DNA of 64,000 nucleotides from an uncultured Acidimicrobiia bacterium. Its GTDB lineage: Bacteria; Actinomycetota; Acidimicrobiia; Acidimicrobiales; AC-14. Positions 29,378 through 40,301 of this stretch are shown one piece after another (the first letter of the stretch is position 1; each line of letters starts with the position of its first letter). Under the pieces are notes generated by a model. It saw only the letters and a program-made list of their open reading frames with translations, did not search any database and was not told the origin of the DNA. The stretch is taken from positions 128,001 to 192,000 of the forward strand of contig CAWIIV010000017.1 in assembly GCA_963836205.1 (NCBI GenBank), read 5' to 3'. The translations under genes were made by a program, and so were the position numbers.

Positions 29378-30509
29378 ATGACCTACATCGTGCAGCGCCA
29401 GGACCGCTTCTACGTCGTCGCCTACGACGGCCTCGATCCCCTGACCGGCAGGGAGCGGAGGCGGTGGCACCCCGTCGGCCACGACCGCGGCGAAGCCGAC
29501 GCCCTGGCCGCCCGTCTCGATCGCGAGCGTACGAGCGCACCGCCCAAGGTCGGCGGCCCATCACTGTCAGCCAGTTCCTTCGAGAGACATGGCTTCCGCA
29601 GAAGCGCCGCCAAGTTCGGCCACCACCGCCTACCGCTACGCCTGGTTCGTCGACCGCTACATCATCCTGGCGATCGGCGACATCCCCCTGAGGCGGGTGC
29701 GGGTCGACCACCTGGACGCTCTCTACGCGGAGCTGGAGGCCAGCGGGGGTCGAAACGGTACCGGGCTCGCGCCCAAGACCGTCCTCGAGGTTCACATGAT
29801 CATCCGCGCCGCCCTCGACGCCGCCGGCCAGCGCCAGCTGGTCGAGCGCAATGTCGCCACTGCCGCACACGTCCGGCTGTCGCGTGCCAGCGGGAGGTCC
29901 GCCCAGGCCTGGACCGCACCGGAGTTGGCAACGTTCCTGACGGCTGCTCGTGCGCAGCGTCTGTACTCCGCACTTCACGTCGCCGCCCACACCGGGATGC
30001 GCCGCGGAGAAATCGTGGGTCTCAAGTGGTCCGATCTCGACGTCACCAACAAGCGGCTGTCCGTCCAGCGGACCCTTCAGTGCGTGGCGGGACGGCCGGT
30101 CGAATTCGGGGTCAAGACCCGAACCAGCCGGAGGTGCATCGACCTCGACACCGGGACGATCGGCGAACTCCGGCGGTGGCGCCAGCGGAACCAGGAGGAG
30201 GGGCTGCCAGCGGGCGATGCCGACTGGATGTTTCGCAGCACGGCTGGACGCTCTCTCAACCCCGAATCACTCAGCCAGCTGTTCGGTCGGGTCGTCGGGC
30301 GCACTGCGGTCCCGCGCATCAGATTCCATGATGTTCGCCATACGCATGCCTCGCTGCTCATCGCCGCCGGCGTCCCGGTCAAGGTCGTCAGCGAGCGCCT
30401 CGGCCACGCCCATCCCGGCTTCACCATGAACACTTACCAGCACCTCATGCCCGGGATGAGCGCCGCGGCCGCCGATCAGTTCGCCGCACTGGTCACCGCC
30501 AGCCGGTAG
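29378..30509 (+). CDS. Tyrosine integrase of element B (frameshifts near 29560 and 29620)
   Basis: TGMRRGEIVGLKW, RFHDVRHTHA, LGHA..TMNTYQH catalytic motifs; N-terminus spread over three frames. Confidence 0.88.
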
Positions 30510-30658
30510 ACGTCTACCGGCTGGGCCGGCGCGAAACCGCAGGTCACAGACCCAGCGGGCTGAGAGCCGGTAGACGTCGCCGGTGACGCGCGTCGGGGGA
30601 AGCACAAGGGCCGATCCTCTCGGACCGGCCCTGACCTGCGCTTTCGCATCTCTGCGGT

Positions 30659-30703
<45 letters not shown>

Positions 30704-31059
30704 GCGCCTCAGGCCCGTGTCGGCTCGTGTCACCATATGCCCCATAGTGGCATTGACCTGCGGTTTCGCGTGCTGTCTCGTGATGCTTGGTCCGTCGACT
30801 GACGCCCTCTGCCAGCCCATACGTTAGAAGAAGCGTTAGAGGCGTTCTGGGGTGCCGCAAGGTCGATTGGCTGGAGCGAACCATCCGCCGCTGCGCACAG
30901 AACCACTAGATGGCACGGTCCACCAGATCGTCAGCCACCTTTGAGCCGGTTGCCTCGAGTTAGCCTGAGACCAGGCTCCTTGTTCTCGGAGTGGATCTCG
31001 ACCAGCGACGAATCGAGGACGACTCCGCGGGGGCCCCGCCGGACGCCCCAGGCGCGGCC

Positions 31060-31480
31060 CGGGGCGCTGCGCTCGGGCATCACGGAGCGCGACAAGCGTC
31101 TCGTCGATCGAGTTCAGCACCCGCCAGATAGCCGCGTCCGACGCCACCGTGCCGAACAGCACGGGCTGGTCCCGCAGCGCGGCCATGTCCGAGACGCACA
31201 CCCCGCCTCAGGCCAGCATCACCGCCACCTGGGCCAGCGGCCGACCTCGGTCGTGCACCGACGCCTGCCACCGGGGACGGGCACGGCGTGCGACCAGGCC
31301 GAAGTAAGACCGAGGCGGTCGGCCAGTTCTCCGAGAAGATGCTTCCCTGCCAGCGACACCGCCGGTCATCCCTCCATCACCCTCAACCGCCTCACCACGC
31401 GGGTCGCGTTCACTTTGAACGTGCCCTCCCTGGGTGGGTTGCGGCTGCCTTCGAGAAGCGCAGTTTCCCCTGCTGGGAGG
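31060..31480 (-). mobile_element. IS1380-family transposase remnant
   Basis: Fragments HDRGR..QVAVMLA and CVSDMAALRDQPVLFGTVASDAAIWRVL in different frames. Confidence 0.7.
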
Positions 31481-31838
31481 GCATTTTAGCGGACCGCGAC
31501 CGGTCAACCACCAGGTCGCCGTGAAGATCGGGGCTAGCGACGAGCGCCAAGTTGACGCCACAAGGCTCCGAAGCGTTTCATTCGGACCGAACCGACGGGA
31601 TCTCGCCCTGTGACCTCCTAGAGGACCGCTTGCCTCAGGCTCCTCGACAGCCGATGTAGCCAAGGGCGCTTGGAGATGCCTCACCGTCGGGTTCAGGCGT
31701 GTTCCGGGGAATCTCTGTTGACGCCGTGGACTGGCTGGCCCATGATGAACAACGAGGGCGTTGGGTTTCTACACACAAAGATCGGTAATCGGTGTGCGAT
31801 TGCGGCCTGCGGGTTCATTGATGAGCTGGCGGCCTAGG

Positions 31839-32111
31839 GTGAATAAATTGGACGAGCTAAAGTTGGGGCTGGACCTTCGAATCGCCCTGTCGACGGGCAT
31901 CTCGTCGCGCTTTAATGTGATTGTGCACCATGCGCCTGATGGAAGCGTCGACATACTTGGCTCCCTGCGCAAGATCTGTGACGTTAGGGTGAGTGTTTAT
32001 GGGCAAGTTCTTGCATTGGACGTGACGATCGACCAGATGGCGGCGATCACAGAGTTGCCATGGGTTGAGGCTCTGTCTCTGTCACACGAACTACGACCGC
32101 TTCGATCCTGA
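31839..32111 (+). CDS. Free-standing subtilase propeptide-like protein 1
   Basis: KLGLDLRIAL..VIVH..VLALDVT..PWVEALSLSHELRPL; paralog of 34574-34843; start could be 31821. Confidence 0.65.
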   Translation: MNKLDELKLGLDLRIALSTGISSRFNVIVHHAPDGSVDILGSLRKICDVRVSVYGQVLALDVTIDQMAAITELPWVEALSLSHELRPLRS

Positions 32112-32697
32112 TAACTCGTCGCTAGAAAGCCAGCTGAATGACGGGCGGACGACTGTTCGATCCCTATCAAGGAGGGTGAGGGTCCTTGGATGGTTGACCG
32201 TCCCTCATAGCCAAATATCTCAGAGCACCAGGCCTTTGGAGGCTCCCAAAACTCGGGGTTGAGCCCACTGCGTGATGCGCTCGGGGCGTGCAGAATGCAA
32301 TGCGGATTCGACAAGCCTAGGCATCCTGCGTGATCGTGGATCGGAAAAATGGCCTTAGCGTGAGTGCCGACGCGCGTAATAGCCGAGTACGGCTCGATTC
32401 TTAGCTAGCTCAGGAGCACTCGGGTTCTTGAGTAGCTACCTCGGCCTCTGGGCCGGCACTCGGCAGCGTCAAAGTTTGAAGCAAACTGTAATCCTGTAGC
32501 AATCCAGTAGAAACCCGCCCGTGTCACAGCATAGGGACGATGCACCAAGAGGAATGCGTTCAGCCAAAGATTTCGACTATGTCCAGATTCGAGAGAGCTG
32601 CGATAGCGTCGTCGGGGAGCCCAAGTTGGCGAACACGACGTATCAGCGGCCCCCGCTCGGACTCTCAGGGAGGTGATAGCGCACGACTCGAGTCATC

Positions 32698-34521
32698 GTG
32701 GATGGACGGCGGAGGGAGATGGGCATGCACGACGACGACCCGCCTGACCAAGGCTCGGCACGTCTGCCAACGCCTAGATCGCATCGAAGCGGGCCCTTCC
32801 CGGAGCATCCGCTCAGGAAGACTGGTCGCACGACCACCCACTCCTTCGCACCGAGCGAAAACCTTGCTCCACGTCGAGGAGCAAGGTCTCCGTGGGTCGA
32901 GTCGGTTGTACCCCCGCTCCATGCCGATTCGTCGAACGGTCGCAAACAACTCTGTTGCGGACGCGGCCGCGACCCAAGGGTCGCCGCGATCGGTACGTTC
33001 GTCGGCTTAGTACGGTATTCTGCGGCGCTCGCAACGGCGGGTCGAGAACCCTTGGAGGCCGACGACTTGGAGGAGTGCAGCAGGCGGCTCGGGCTGCCGG
33101 TCGTCATTGATGGGAAGCAGTACACGGGCGATGGCGTGGTCGTTGGTATTGTGGACACTGGGGCTGATGCCTCCCATCCGGCCTTTAAGGACCGGATTCT
33201 ATCGGCTTGGGACCAGCAGAGCGTTGGCTTATACGGACGGCCGAGTGATCGAGGGTGGGGGTTCATTCTTGACGGTGACGACACTCGTTATCTCACCGAT
33301 CCTGAAGGCCACGGAACCCACGTTGCAGCAATAGCTGCTGGATCGAACCATCCAGTGGGAGTGGCACCCGGATCAGACCTAGTTATTGTTCGTTGCGACA
33401 AGAAGACATTCGGAATCCAGGCCGGGGTCGCCTGGATTTTTGAGATTGCAGAGAGCCTCGGGCGTCCTGCAGTCGTCAACGTCAGTTGGGGTGGGGTGCA
33501 TCTCGATCCTCACGACGGCACAGACAGCCTTTCGGAGGCTCTTGACCATCTCGTGGGGCCAGGACGCTTGGTGTGTGTCGCAGCTGGCAATGAGCAGCAT
33601 ATGCACCTTCACGTACGGGTCGAGCTTGGCCGGGACGAGCAGTTTCGGATCCCATTCATGTGGGGCGGTCCGCCATCCCTAGGCGACCTTATCTGGCTCT
33701 CTGGCTGGTGCAGCGGCGAGCTCCCCTCGGCCGTCGGCATTGAGATCGAGGGGGAGCGGATAATTGCTAGTGGATCCGGCGCAGTCGAAACCGCCACTCT
33801 TGGCAACACACCCGCGTACGTCGTTACGGATTGGGCTAGCAACAGACCGGGATTTCGAATCGGCATTCGTCCCCAATTATGTACGGGCGGGCAGGTTCGG
33901 GAGCAGGGAAAGGGTTGGCTCCTACTGAACGGGTGGTCTCTGACCGAGCCAACCAGGATTGACGTCTGGTCCAACGGGCAAGGACTTGAATTCTTCGATC
34001 ACACGAGGGCAGAGCGACCTGCCGCTACGTCAGTCTCTGACGAGTCCATGCTCGCCAGCCCGGCGTGTGCGAACGGGGTCATAACTGTTGGCGCTGTCTA
34101 TGGGCTTCTACAGTGGACGAATCGCCTCGGCCTGACTATTACTGCCGACCGACCCGTTGGTCAGGCCTGCGCCTTCTCTAACTCGGGTCCGACCATGGAC
34201 AATCGCCAAAAACCGGAGGCCGCTGCAGCGGGCTTCGGCGTACGGTCCGCCCGTTCACGACAGTTTGGGACTCAAGTCGGAGAGACAGATGCCGACATAC
34301 TCATGGTGGGAAAGTCCGGAACGAGCATGGCCGCACCGCAGGTCACTGGGCTACTCGCCCTTGGCTTGGAGGCCACAAATGGCGAGCTCGATCCGGACGG
34401 GGCGCGAGCGGCTCTGATCTCGGCGGGCGGCGGGAGGGCATGGAATCGACTGACGGGCTGGGGTGAGCCGGACGCGACTAGGTTCGTCGCCGGGCTGCTC
34501 GACTCCGTACACGAAGGGTAG
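32698..34521 (+). CDS. S8 subtilase, CspA-like with inserted domain; N-terminus uncertain
   Basis: Triad VGIVDTG, GHGTHVAAIAAG, GTSMAAPQV; oxyanion AAGNE; FSNSGPT..KPE. Confidence 0.92.
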   Translation: MDGRRREMGMHDDDPPDQGSARLPTPRSHRSGPFPEHPLRKTGRTTTHSFAPSENLAPRRGARSPWVESVVPPLHADSSNGRKQLCCGRGRDPRVAAIGTFVGLVRYSAALATAGREPLEADDLEECSRRLGLPVVIDGKQYTGDGVVVGIVDTGADASHPAFKDRILSAWDQQSVGLYGRPSDRGWGFILDGDDTRYLTDPEGHGTHVAAIAAGSNHPVGVAPGSDLVIVRCDKKTFGIQAGVAWIFEIAESLGRPAVVNVSWGGVHLDPHDGTDSLSEALDHLVGPGRLVCVAAGNEQHMHLHVRVELGRDEQFRIPFMWGGPPSLGDLIWLSGWCSGELPSAVGIEIEGERIIASGSGAVETATLGNTPAYVVTDWASNRPGFRIGIRPQLCTGGQVREQGKGWLLLNGWSLTEPTRIDVWSNGQGLEFFDHTRAERPAATSVSDESMLASPACANGVITVGAVYGLLQWTNRLGLTITADRPVGQACAFSNSGPTMDNRQKPEAAAAGFGVRSARSRQFGTQVGETDADILMVGKSGTSMAAPQVTGLLALGLEATNGELDPDGARAALISAGGGRAWNRLTGWGEPDATRFVAGLLDSVHEG

Positions 34522-34573
34522 GGGTTGCGTTGAGCGGGTTCGTCCGAGCTACATGGCGGGGTAGGAGGAGCGT

Positions 34574-34843
34574 GTGATGACCACGAAGATGGACCAGTCG
34601 AAACTGAGCACCGACCTTCGGCTCGCGCTGTGTGTCGGCGAGCGGGATCACTATCCCGTAGTCGTCCACCTTCTCGAGGCGGTGGATCTTGACATCGTTC
34701 GCAAGTTCGGCGAGGTACGTCTTGGTGCTGACAAGCGCGTGATCGCGCTCGACCTAACCGTCGAGGCCCTGGCGGACCTGTCGCAGCAATCATGGGTCGA
34801 ATCTGTATCGTCGTCGTACGACCTTCGACCGCTGTCGGGCTAG
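34574..34843 (+). CDS. Free-standing subtilase propeptide-like protein 2
   Basis: AGGAGG RBS; KLSTDLRLAL..VVVH..VIALDLT..SWVESVSSSYDLRPL. Confidence 0.7.
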   Translation: MMTTKMDQSKLSTDLRLALCVGERDHYPVVVHLLEAVDLDIVRKFGEVRLGADKRVIALDLTVEALADLSQQSWVESVSSSYDLRPLSG

Positions 34844-35072
34844 ACCTCTCGACTCAAAGTCCGTCGAATTCGCCCGCCGGCGGTACCAGCGCCTACTGAC
34901 CGCTACCGGGGCCAGCTCTAGGACGCGCGACCGTCACTCGCCTTGGCGATGACGAAGATGTAGCCGGTCGTAGACATCGACGCACCCGCCTTACCCCGCC
35001 CATCGCTGCCGATCGGAGGCAGTTGGTCGCGATCAAGACATGGCGGTCAACCGTCAAGCCGTACAGCGCGCA

Positions 35073-38000
35073 CTAGAGCCCGAGCGCCAGGTGTGGCGGC
35101 TCGATCGTGTACACCCGCTCGACGGTGCGATCGAGGCTCTCGCATGCTTCGGATGCGGCCCGCTGGCTGGCGTCGAAGGCGGTGTCGTCCCAACCACGTG
35201 AACGCCCGAGTGTGGTGACGTCGAAAGCGGCGCAGTGCTGGTCGATGCGAGCCGCCGCCTCATCCCACAGGTCGGCGGCAGCGCCCTGTGCGGGACGCGG
35301 GCCCAGGCGGTCGACGAGGTGGTCGGGCGGGTCGGCGATTAGCCCAGGTATCCGGGCGGCAAGGTCCCGGTCGAGTTCCCGGCGGATGCCATGGCGCTCC
35401 CGGTCGAGGCTGGGGCGCTCCCGTATGGTTGCCTGGGCTCGCTCAAGCGCCGCCTCCAGTTCGGGCCGGTGAGCGTCCAGCTCTGCCATCTCGGCGGTGC
35501 ACGCCTCGATGCGGCCCACCGCTTGGTTCAGGTTCCCCTGGGCCAGTGAGATCTCCGAGCGGTGCAGGCGCCACAGCAGGGGCCGATCGAAGGCTTCGAG
35601 GACGTCCTCGGACTTGTCCCGCGTGAGCTCGGCCTCGGCCAGGCGCCCGGCCAACTCGTCGTTGCGCTGCGTGCTCCGGTCGAGTTGTTCGCTGTACCTG
35701 CCTATAGCGTCCACCGCCCTCGACAGCGAGCGGGTGATCTCGTGCTCCCGCTCCAACAGCTTGCGTAGGTGCGCCCCCTCCAGCTGGTCTCCGAGCCCTC
35801 GGCCGTCGCCGTCGGGCTCCCGCCGTTGCAGCTCGGCCCGGCGGGCGATGGCGGGCTCGTCGATCCAGTCCCGGACCAATGCCTTGCCGACGAGGTCGAC
35901 GGCGGTCTGCTCACCCTGGAGAGCGACGAAGACCTCATTGCTCTGCCGGCCCCTGGTCATGGGCACGTAGACGCCGCGGGTGTCGGTGGGGCCGTCGAGG
36001 AAGAGCAGGGAGCGGTCTACGGTGCGGCCCTGGTTGGCGTGGCTGGTCTGGGCGTAGGCCAGCTCCAGGTGCTCGGCCACGTACTCGGCGGGAAGCCGGA
36101 CCGTGCCCGTGCGACCGGAGACGGTGACGTCGCCCCGGTGGACGTCGGCGACCTTCCACAGGTCGCGGTTCTTGACCATGAGGCCCCGGTCGGTGTGCAG
36201 CTCCCGGTCGTTGCGGCGGGTGGCCACGACGTCGCCCCGGAAGAACTGGTACTCCCCCACCGACACCGAAGGACCGAAGATGTCGATCTCGCCCGCTTCC
36301 GCCCGCAGGTCCTGGGCTCGCAGGTTCAGCTCCACCACGGTCTCGTTCGTCGGCGCCATCATGGCCACGCTCTCGCTCCGACCCCTGGCCTGCCACCAGG
36401 CGTCGACGACCGCCTCCTCCATCTGGCGAGGCGTTCCGCCGTGGAGACGGCCGTGGTGGTCGTAGAGGTGGAGGATCTCGGTGTCGCCCCGGCGCAGGGC
36501 CAGGCTGGCGTCGCGTTCCCACTCGTTGGCGAAGCGGTGGACCCGGTCCAGTTCGATGGCGCCGTAGCAGTTGATGAGATGGCCGAACATGCCCGAGCGC
36601 CCCACCGCGGAGAACTGCAGCGGGTCGCCGACCAGCGCCATGCGCCATCCCCGGGCGTCGGCCAGCTCCGCCAGCTCGGCCAGCTTCGGCGTCGAGACCA
36701 TGGCCGCCTCGTCGACCACGACGGTGGCTCCGGGGGGCAGGTCGTAGCGGTGGTCGGGTGGCCGGTCGAGGCGGTGCTCGACGAGGAGCTTGTCCAGGGT
36801 GTCCGAGGCTAGGCCGGCGTCGGTGCCCAGCACCTCGGCCGCCCCCGCCGAGGGGGCCACGCCAAAGACCGCCCGGCCGTCGGCCCGCAGCTGCTCCACC
36901 GCCGGAGCCACCGCAGAGGTCTTGCCGGTGCCGGCGGGACCGACGACCAGCGCCAGCTCCCGGTTGCCGGCCACCGCCCCCGCCACCTCCAACTGGGGCT
37001 TGGACAGGGCCAGGCTCACTCCCGACGCGTCCAGGGCGACGTCGCCGCCAACGGCGGCCAGGCGGCGCTCGGCCCAGGCGATGAGGCGCTCCTCCTGGGC
37101 GAGGATCTCGGGCGTGGTCAGGGCCCGATCGGCAACCGACTCGGTGATGGGCCGGCCATCGCGTCGCAGGGCCACGCCGTCGGGGATGGGCCTGGAGATG
37201 TCGACCAGGCGTTCGGCGATGACCGCCTCACCCAGCTGGTGCAGCCACGGCACGAGGATCTCGGCATCGAGGGCGACGTCGGTGGGCACGGCCGCCGCCA
37301 GCTCCCGGACCAGCTCGGCCGGCCGCCAGCTCGACTGGGTCTCGGTCAGGGCCTTGAGGGCTCGGGAGACGATCAGCTCCTGTGTCGCGGTGTCCATCGC
37401 CCGGCCGGCGCTCGGCTGCGACACGGCCGCGCCGACGACGTACTCGGGGTCGTGGCCGATGGCGGTGGCCCGCTCGGCCCACTCCGCGTGCAGCGACCAA
37501 GCGTCGTCGCCGTGGGACTTCGACGGCCGGCTCTCGGTCACCGCCTCCCGCTCCAGGCGCCAGCGCTCACGGGGGGTGGGGTCTCGCTCGAAGGACTCGA
37601 CGAAGCGCTCGAGCTTGTCCTCGATCCGCTCCTCCACCGCCTTGGTGCGGGAGGAGAACTCGGCCAGCACGTCGTCGGGGACGCCCTTCATTTCGGCGAT
37701 GCCGTGGACCGGCTCGGCCCACTCCACCCCCAGGGAGCGGGTCAGCTCGGTCCGCAGGCTGGCGTGGTAGAGGGCGGACAGCGTCCGCTGGTCGCACTTG
37801 ATGGTGCGGGCGTCCAGCGCCAGCCAGCGGCCGTCATCGGCGACGACCCGGTTGGCGATGACCACGTGGGTGTGCAGCTGGGGGTCCAGCGCCCGGCTGG
37901 TGTGCTGGCGGAAGCAGGCGGCGGCGATGCCCTCGGCGTCGAGCGTGCGGACCTGGCCGCCGATGCGGTAGCGGGTGTGGGCGTGGTCCTCGATCCAGTC

Positions 38001-38354
38001 GACCATGGCCACCACCGCGCTGTCGTGGGCGTCGAGCACCGCCGCCCGGGTGGCGTCGTCGCCCAGGGCGAAGAGCACCGACACCGACTTGGGCGCCGAG
38101 GCGGTGACGTCGAAGCCCCGCACCGATCCCTCGCCGTAGTTGCGACCGAGCGCCTCGCCGGTGCGGGGTTCGAGTCCGGCCATCAGCGCCAGGAAGGCGT
38201 CGTCGTCGACCTCGTTCACCAGCCCGAGTCGGCTGGCGCCGAAGCCCTGCCACGCGCCGGCGGGCTCGCCTGCGTCGAGGTAGTAGCTGGGCAGGGCCTC
38301 GACGTAGTAGAGGCCGGCGTCAGGGCCCTTGAGGGTCGTGACCCGAACGGTCAT
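35073..38354 (-). CDS. MobF (TrwC-like) relaxase-helicase
   Basis: N-terminal YY motifs, DVTASAPKSVS, HTSRALDPQLHTHVVIAN HUH; GPAGTGKT, VDEAAM, GDPLQ, AYAQTSHANQGRT. Confidence 0.95.
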   Translation of the reverse strand: MTVRVTTLKGPDAGLYYVEALPSYYLDAGEPAGAWQGFGASRLGLVNEVDDDAFLALMAGLEPRTGEALGRNYGEGSVRGFDVTASAPKSVSVLFALGDDATRAAVLDAHDSAVVAMVDWIEDHAHTRYRIGGQVRTLDAEGIAAACFRQHTSRALDPQLHTHVVIANRVVADDGRWLALDARTIKCDQRTLSALYHASLRTELTRSLGVEWAEPVHGIAEMKGVPDDVLAEFSSRTKAVEERIEDKLERFVESFERDPTPRERWRLEREAVTESRPSKSHGDDAWSLHAEWAERATAIGHDPEYVVGAAVSQPSAGRAMDTATQELIVSRALKALTETQSSWRPAELVRELAAAVPTDVALDAEILVPWLHQLGEAVIAERLVDISRPIPDGVALRRDGRPITESVADRALTTPEILAQEERLIAWAERRLAAVGGDVALDASGVSLALSKPQLEVAGAVAGNRELALVVGPAGTGKTSAVAPAVEQLRADGRAVFGVAPSAGAAEVLGTDAGLASDTLDKLLVEHRLDRPPDHRYDLPPGATVVVDEAAMVSTPKLAELAELADARGWRMALVGDPLQFSAVGRSGMFGHLINCYGAIELDRVHRFANEWERDASLALRRGDTEILHLYDHHGRLHGGTPRQMEEAVVDAWWQARGRSESVAMMAPTNETVVELNLRAQDLRAEAGEIDIFGPSVSVGEYQFFRGDVVATRRNDRELHTDRGLMVKNRDLWKVADVHRGDVTVSGRTGTVRLPAEYVAEHLELAYAQTSHANQGRTVDRSLLFLDGPTDTRGVYVPMTRGRQSNEVFVALQGEQTAVDLVGKALVRDWIDEPAIARRAELQRREPDGDGRGLGDQLEGAHLRKLLEREHEITRSLSRAVDAIGRYSEQLDRSTQRNDELAGRLAEAELTRDKSEDVLEAFDRPLLWRLHRSEISLAQGNLNQAVGRIEACTAEMAELDAHRPELEAALERAQATIRERPSLDRERHGIRRELDRDLAARIPGLIADPPDHLVDRLGPRPAQGAAADLWDEAAARIDQHCAAFDVTTLGRSRGWDDTAFDASQRAASEACESLDRTVERVYTIEPPHLALGL

Positions 38355-38443
38355 CCGCGCCACCCGCCCGCGGGTGTGCACTCGTCTGTCCTGAATTGCG
38401 ACAGGGGGGTAGTCGGGAGGTTGCTCATGGTTGTCGGGGCCTC

Positions 38444-38806
38444 CTACTTGCTTGATGCGGATCGGGATCGCGTCACGTAGATGCCGGTGCCGGTCAGGTC
38501 GAGGACGTAGGTCGGCGGTTCGAATCGGCCGTGTGTCCTGGCTGTGGCGGTACGGATCACGTGGGCGCGGTGGAATTCGCGGAGTCGTCGGTAGACGGTG
38601 TCCTTCGACAGTCGCGGTAGGCGCTCGGCGATCTGACGGATGCTTGCCTGGACGACGAGTTGGTCCTCGCGCTGGAGAGCGTGGGTGATGAGATCGTGGA
38701 GGATGGCGATGGCATCGGGCCCGTGCCGCTCGACGAACGCGAAGGCCTGGGGATAGCGGTGCTCGATACGGATCTCGTCGATGAGGGCGAGGTTGTCGGA
38801 GCGCAT
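38444..38806 (-). CDS. Small winged-HTH protein upstream of the relaxase
   Basis: ASIRQIAERL..SKDTVYRRLREF. Confidence 0.7.
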   Translation of the reverse strand: MRSDNLALIDEIRIEHRYPQAFAFVERHGPDAIAILHDLITHALQREDQLVVQASIRQIAERLPRLSKDTVYRRLREFHRAHVIRTATARTHGRFEPPTYVLDLTGTGIYVTRSRSASSK

Positions 38807-38942
38807 GGATCACACCACCAGTGTTGGTCTTCACGTACGACGATCACTCTGCGAACAAAGAGAGTCCCAAACTACAAGCGTGTAGTGAAGTCGTCAATTG
38901 AGGGGAGCGGTCGCCTAGGATGAAGAGCGGAGGTAACCCGGG

Positions 38943-39623
38943 ATGACGAAGCGCCGGACCAAAGAAGAGCGCCAGGCACCGCTGTTCTGGGGCCTCACTC
39001 CAAATCAGCTCGTCGGGTACAACCTCTGGTGCGCCCGACAGGAACGAGGCTGGACGCAGGCGCAGGCGGCCGAGGCACTGGAGCCACACCTCGGGGTCCG
39101 CTGGACCGTCGCGCAGGTCTCAGCCGCCGAGCGATCGGTGGACGGGACCCGCGTGCGCCAGTTCACGGCCGACGACCTCGTCGCATTCGCGCAAGCCTTT
39201 GACGTCCCGATCACGTACTTCTTCATTCCGCCGAGACCTAGCGCGACGTGGAGCAAGGTCAAACCCGGGACGTCGGAGGACGCGCAGAACCGCACGATGG
39301 CGGTGATGATCGACCTCATCCTCGGCGACTCGACCGACGGTGCCCCGCTGCTGGCGAAACACCTCCACGAGGTGATGCGCGACCTCGACCCGGCACTGTT
39401 CTCCGATGCCCAGGAACGGATCTTCGCCCTGGCCCGGCTCCGCCTGCTCGGTGTCGTCGGGCACGCTGTCGGCAGCATCGGCGGGTGGCAGCAGTCGCTG
39501 CGCGCCCTCGCCGACGAGCTGGGCGCACTGGAGGACGACGTCGCCGTGATGCTCGCTCACTCGCTTCCGGATGTGACAGAGAAGGACTTCACGGGCCTCG
39601 CCGCCGAAGATGCGAAGGCCTGA
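38943..39623 (+). CDS. XRE-family transcriptional regulator of element A
   Basis: RQERGWTQAQAAEAL..VSAAERS. Confidence 0.8.
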   Translation: MTKRRTKEERQAPLFWGLTPNQLVGYNLWCARQERGWTQAQAAEALEPHLGVRWTVAQVSAAERSVDGTRVRQFTADDLVAFAQAFDVPITYFFIPPRPSATWSKVKPGTSEDAQNRTMAVMIDLILGDSTDGAPLLAKHLHEVMRDLDPALFSDAQERIFALARLRLLGVVGHAVGSIGGWQQSLRALADELGALEDDVAVMLAHSLPDVTEKDFTGLAAEDAKA

Positions 39624-39810
39624 TTACGAACCCGCCAGGGCGTGTCAAGGGCGGCGTCAGCCGTCCCGTGGGACCGGAGCGCAGCGGAGGCCCTTGACGG
39701 GCCCGGTCACGCCCGAGGGGACAATGGAAGGAGCCCGCCCCCTGGGGCGGGCTTGGCCGACCATCCCGCTCGGATCCAGCCCGACCGAATCGCCGACCTA
39801 TGCGGCGCGA

Positions 39811-40167
39811 TCAGAACGGCAGGACAAGTTGATCGCCAGTGACGCGACGGTCGCGGCGCTTCGAACTCGGACGCCTGGCGCTGGTTGACGCAGTCGTGTC
39901 GCGCTCCACTGGCGGAGGTGGCTTGGGCTCCTCGGCGAGGGGTGGCCACTCGATCGCGAATCCCAGCCACGCCTCGAACTCGGCGCGGTAGATGAGGATC
40001 AGGCGGCCGATCCTGTGACAGGGGATGCCTTCCCGGCTATCGGGCGCCAGGAAGAGCCGGCACTGGACGTACGCACTCTGGCGTCCGATGCCGAGTACCT
40101 GACCCGCCTGCTCCACAGTCAGCACATCCTTCGATGCACGGCGCATATCCTCTATCCTACAGATCAC
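39811..40167 (-). CDS. Excisionase-like HTH protein
   Basis: LTVEQAGQVLGIGRQSAY, IPCHRIGRLILI; divergent from int. Confidence 0.75.
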   Translation of the reverse strand: MICRIEDMRRASKDVLTVEQAGQVLGIGRQSAYVQCRLFLAPDSREGIPCHRIGRLILIYRAEFEAWLGFAIEWPPLAEEPKPPPPVERDTTASTSARRPSSKRRDRRVTGDQLVLPF

Positions 40168-40301
40168 TCGACGGGCCTGCAGATAAGATGTGGACGGAGC
40201 ACGGAAGCGCAGGACCGTCGAACTCTGATGCCGGTACCAATCGGCACGACCTACGGCGCTCGGTGTGAGCCGTGCGGCAGGGATGGCTCAAGGAGGCAGC
40301 G

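Noticed and set aside
38355-38834. N-terminal extension of the relaxase ORF to 38834
   Set aside because: MobF proteins start at the first beta strand (ATG 38354); the extension overlaps the wHTH gene in another frame
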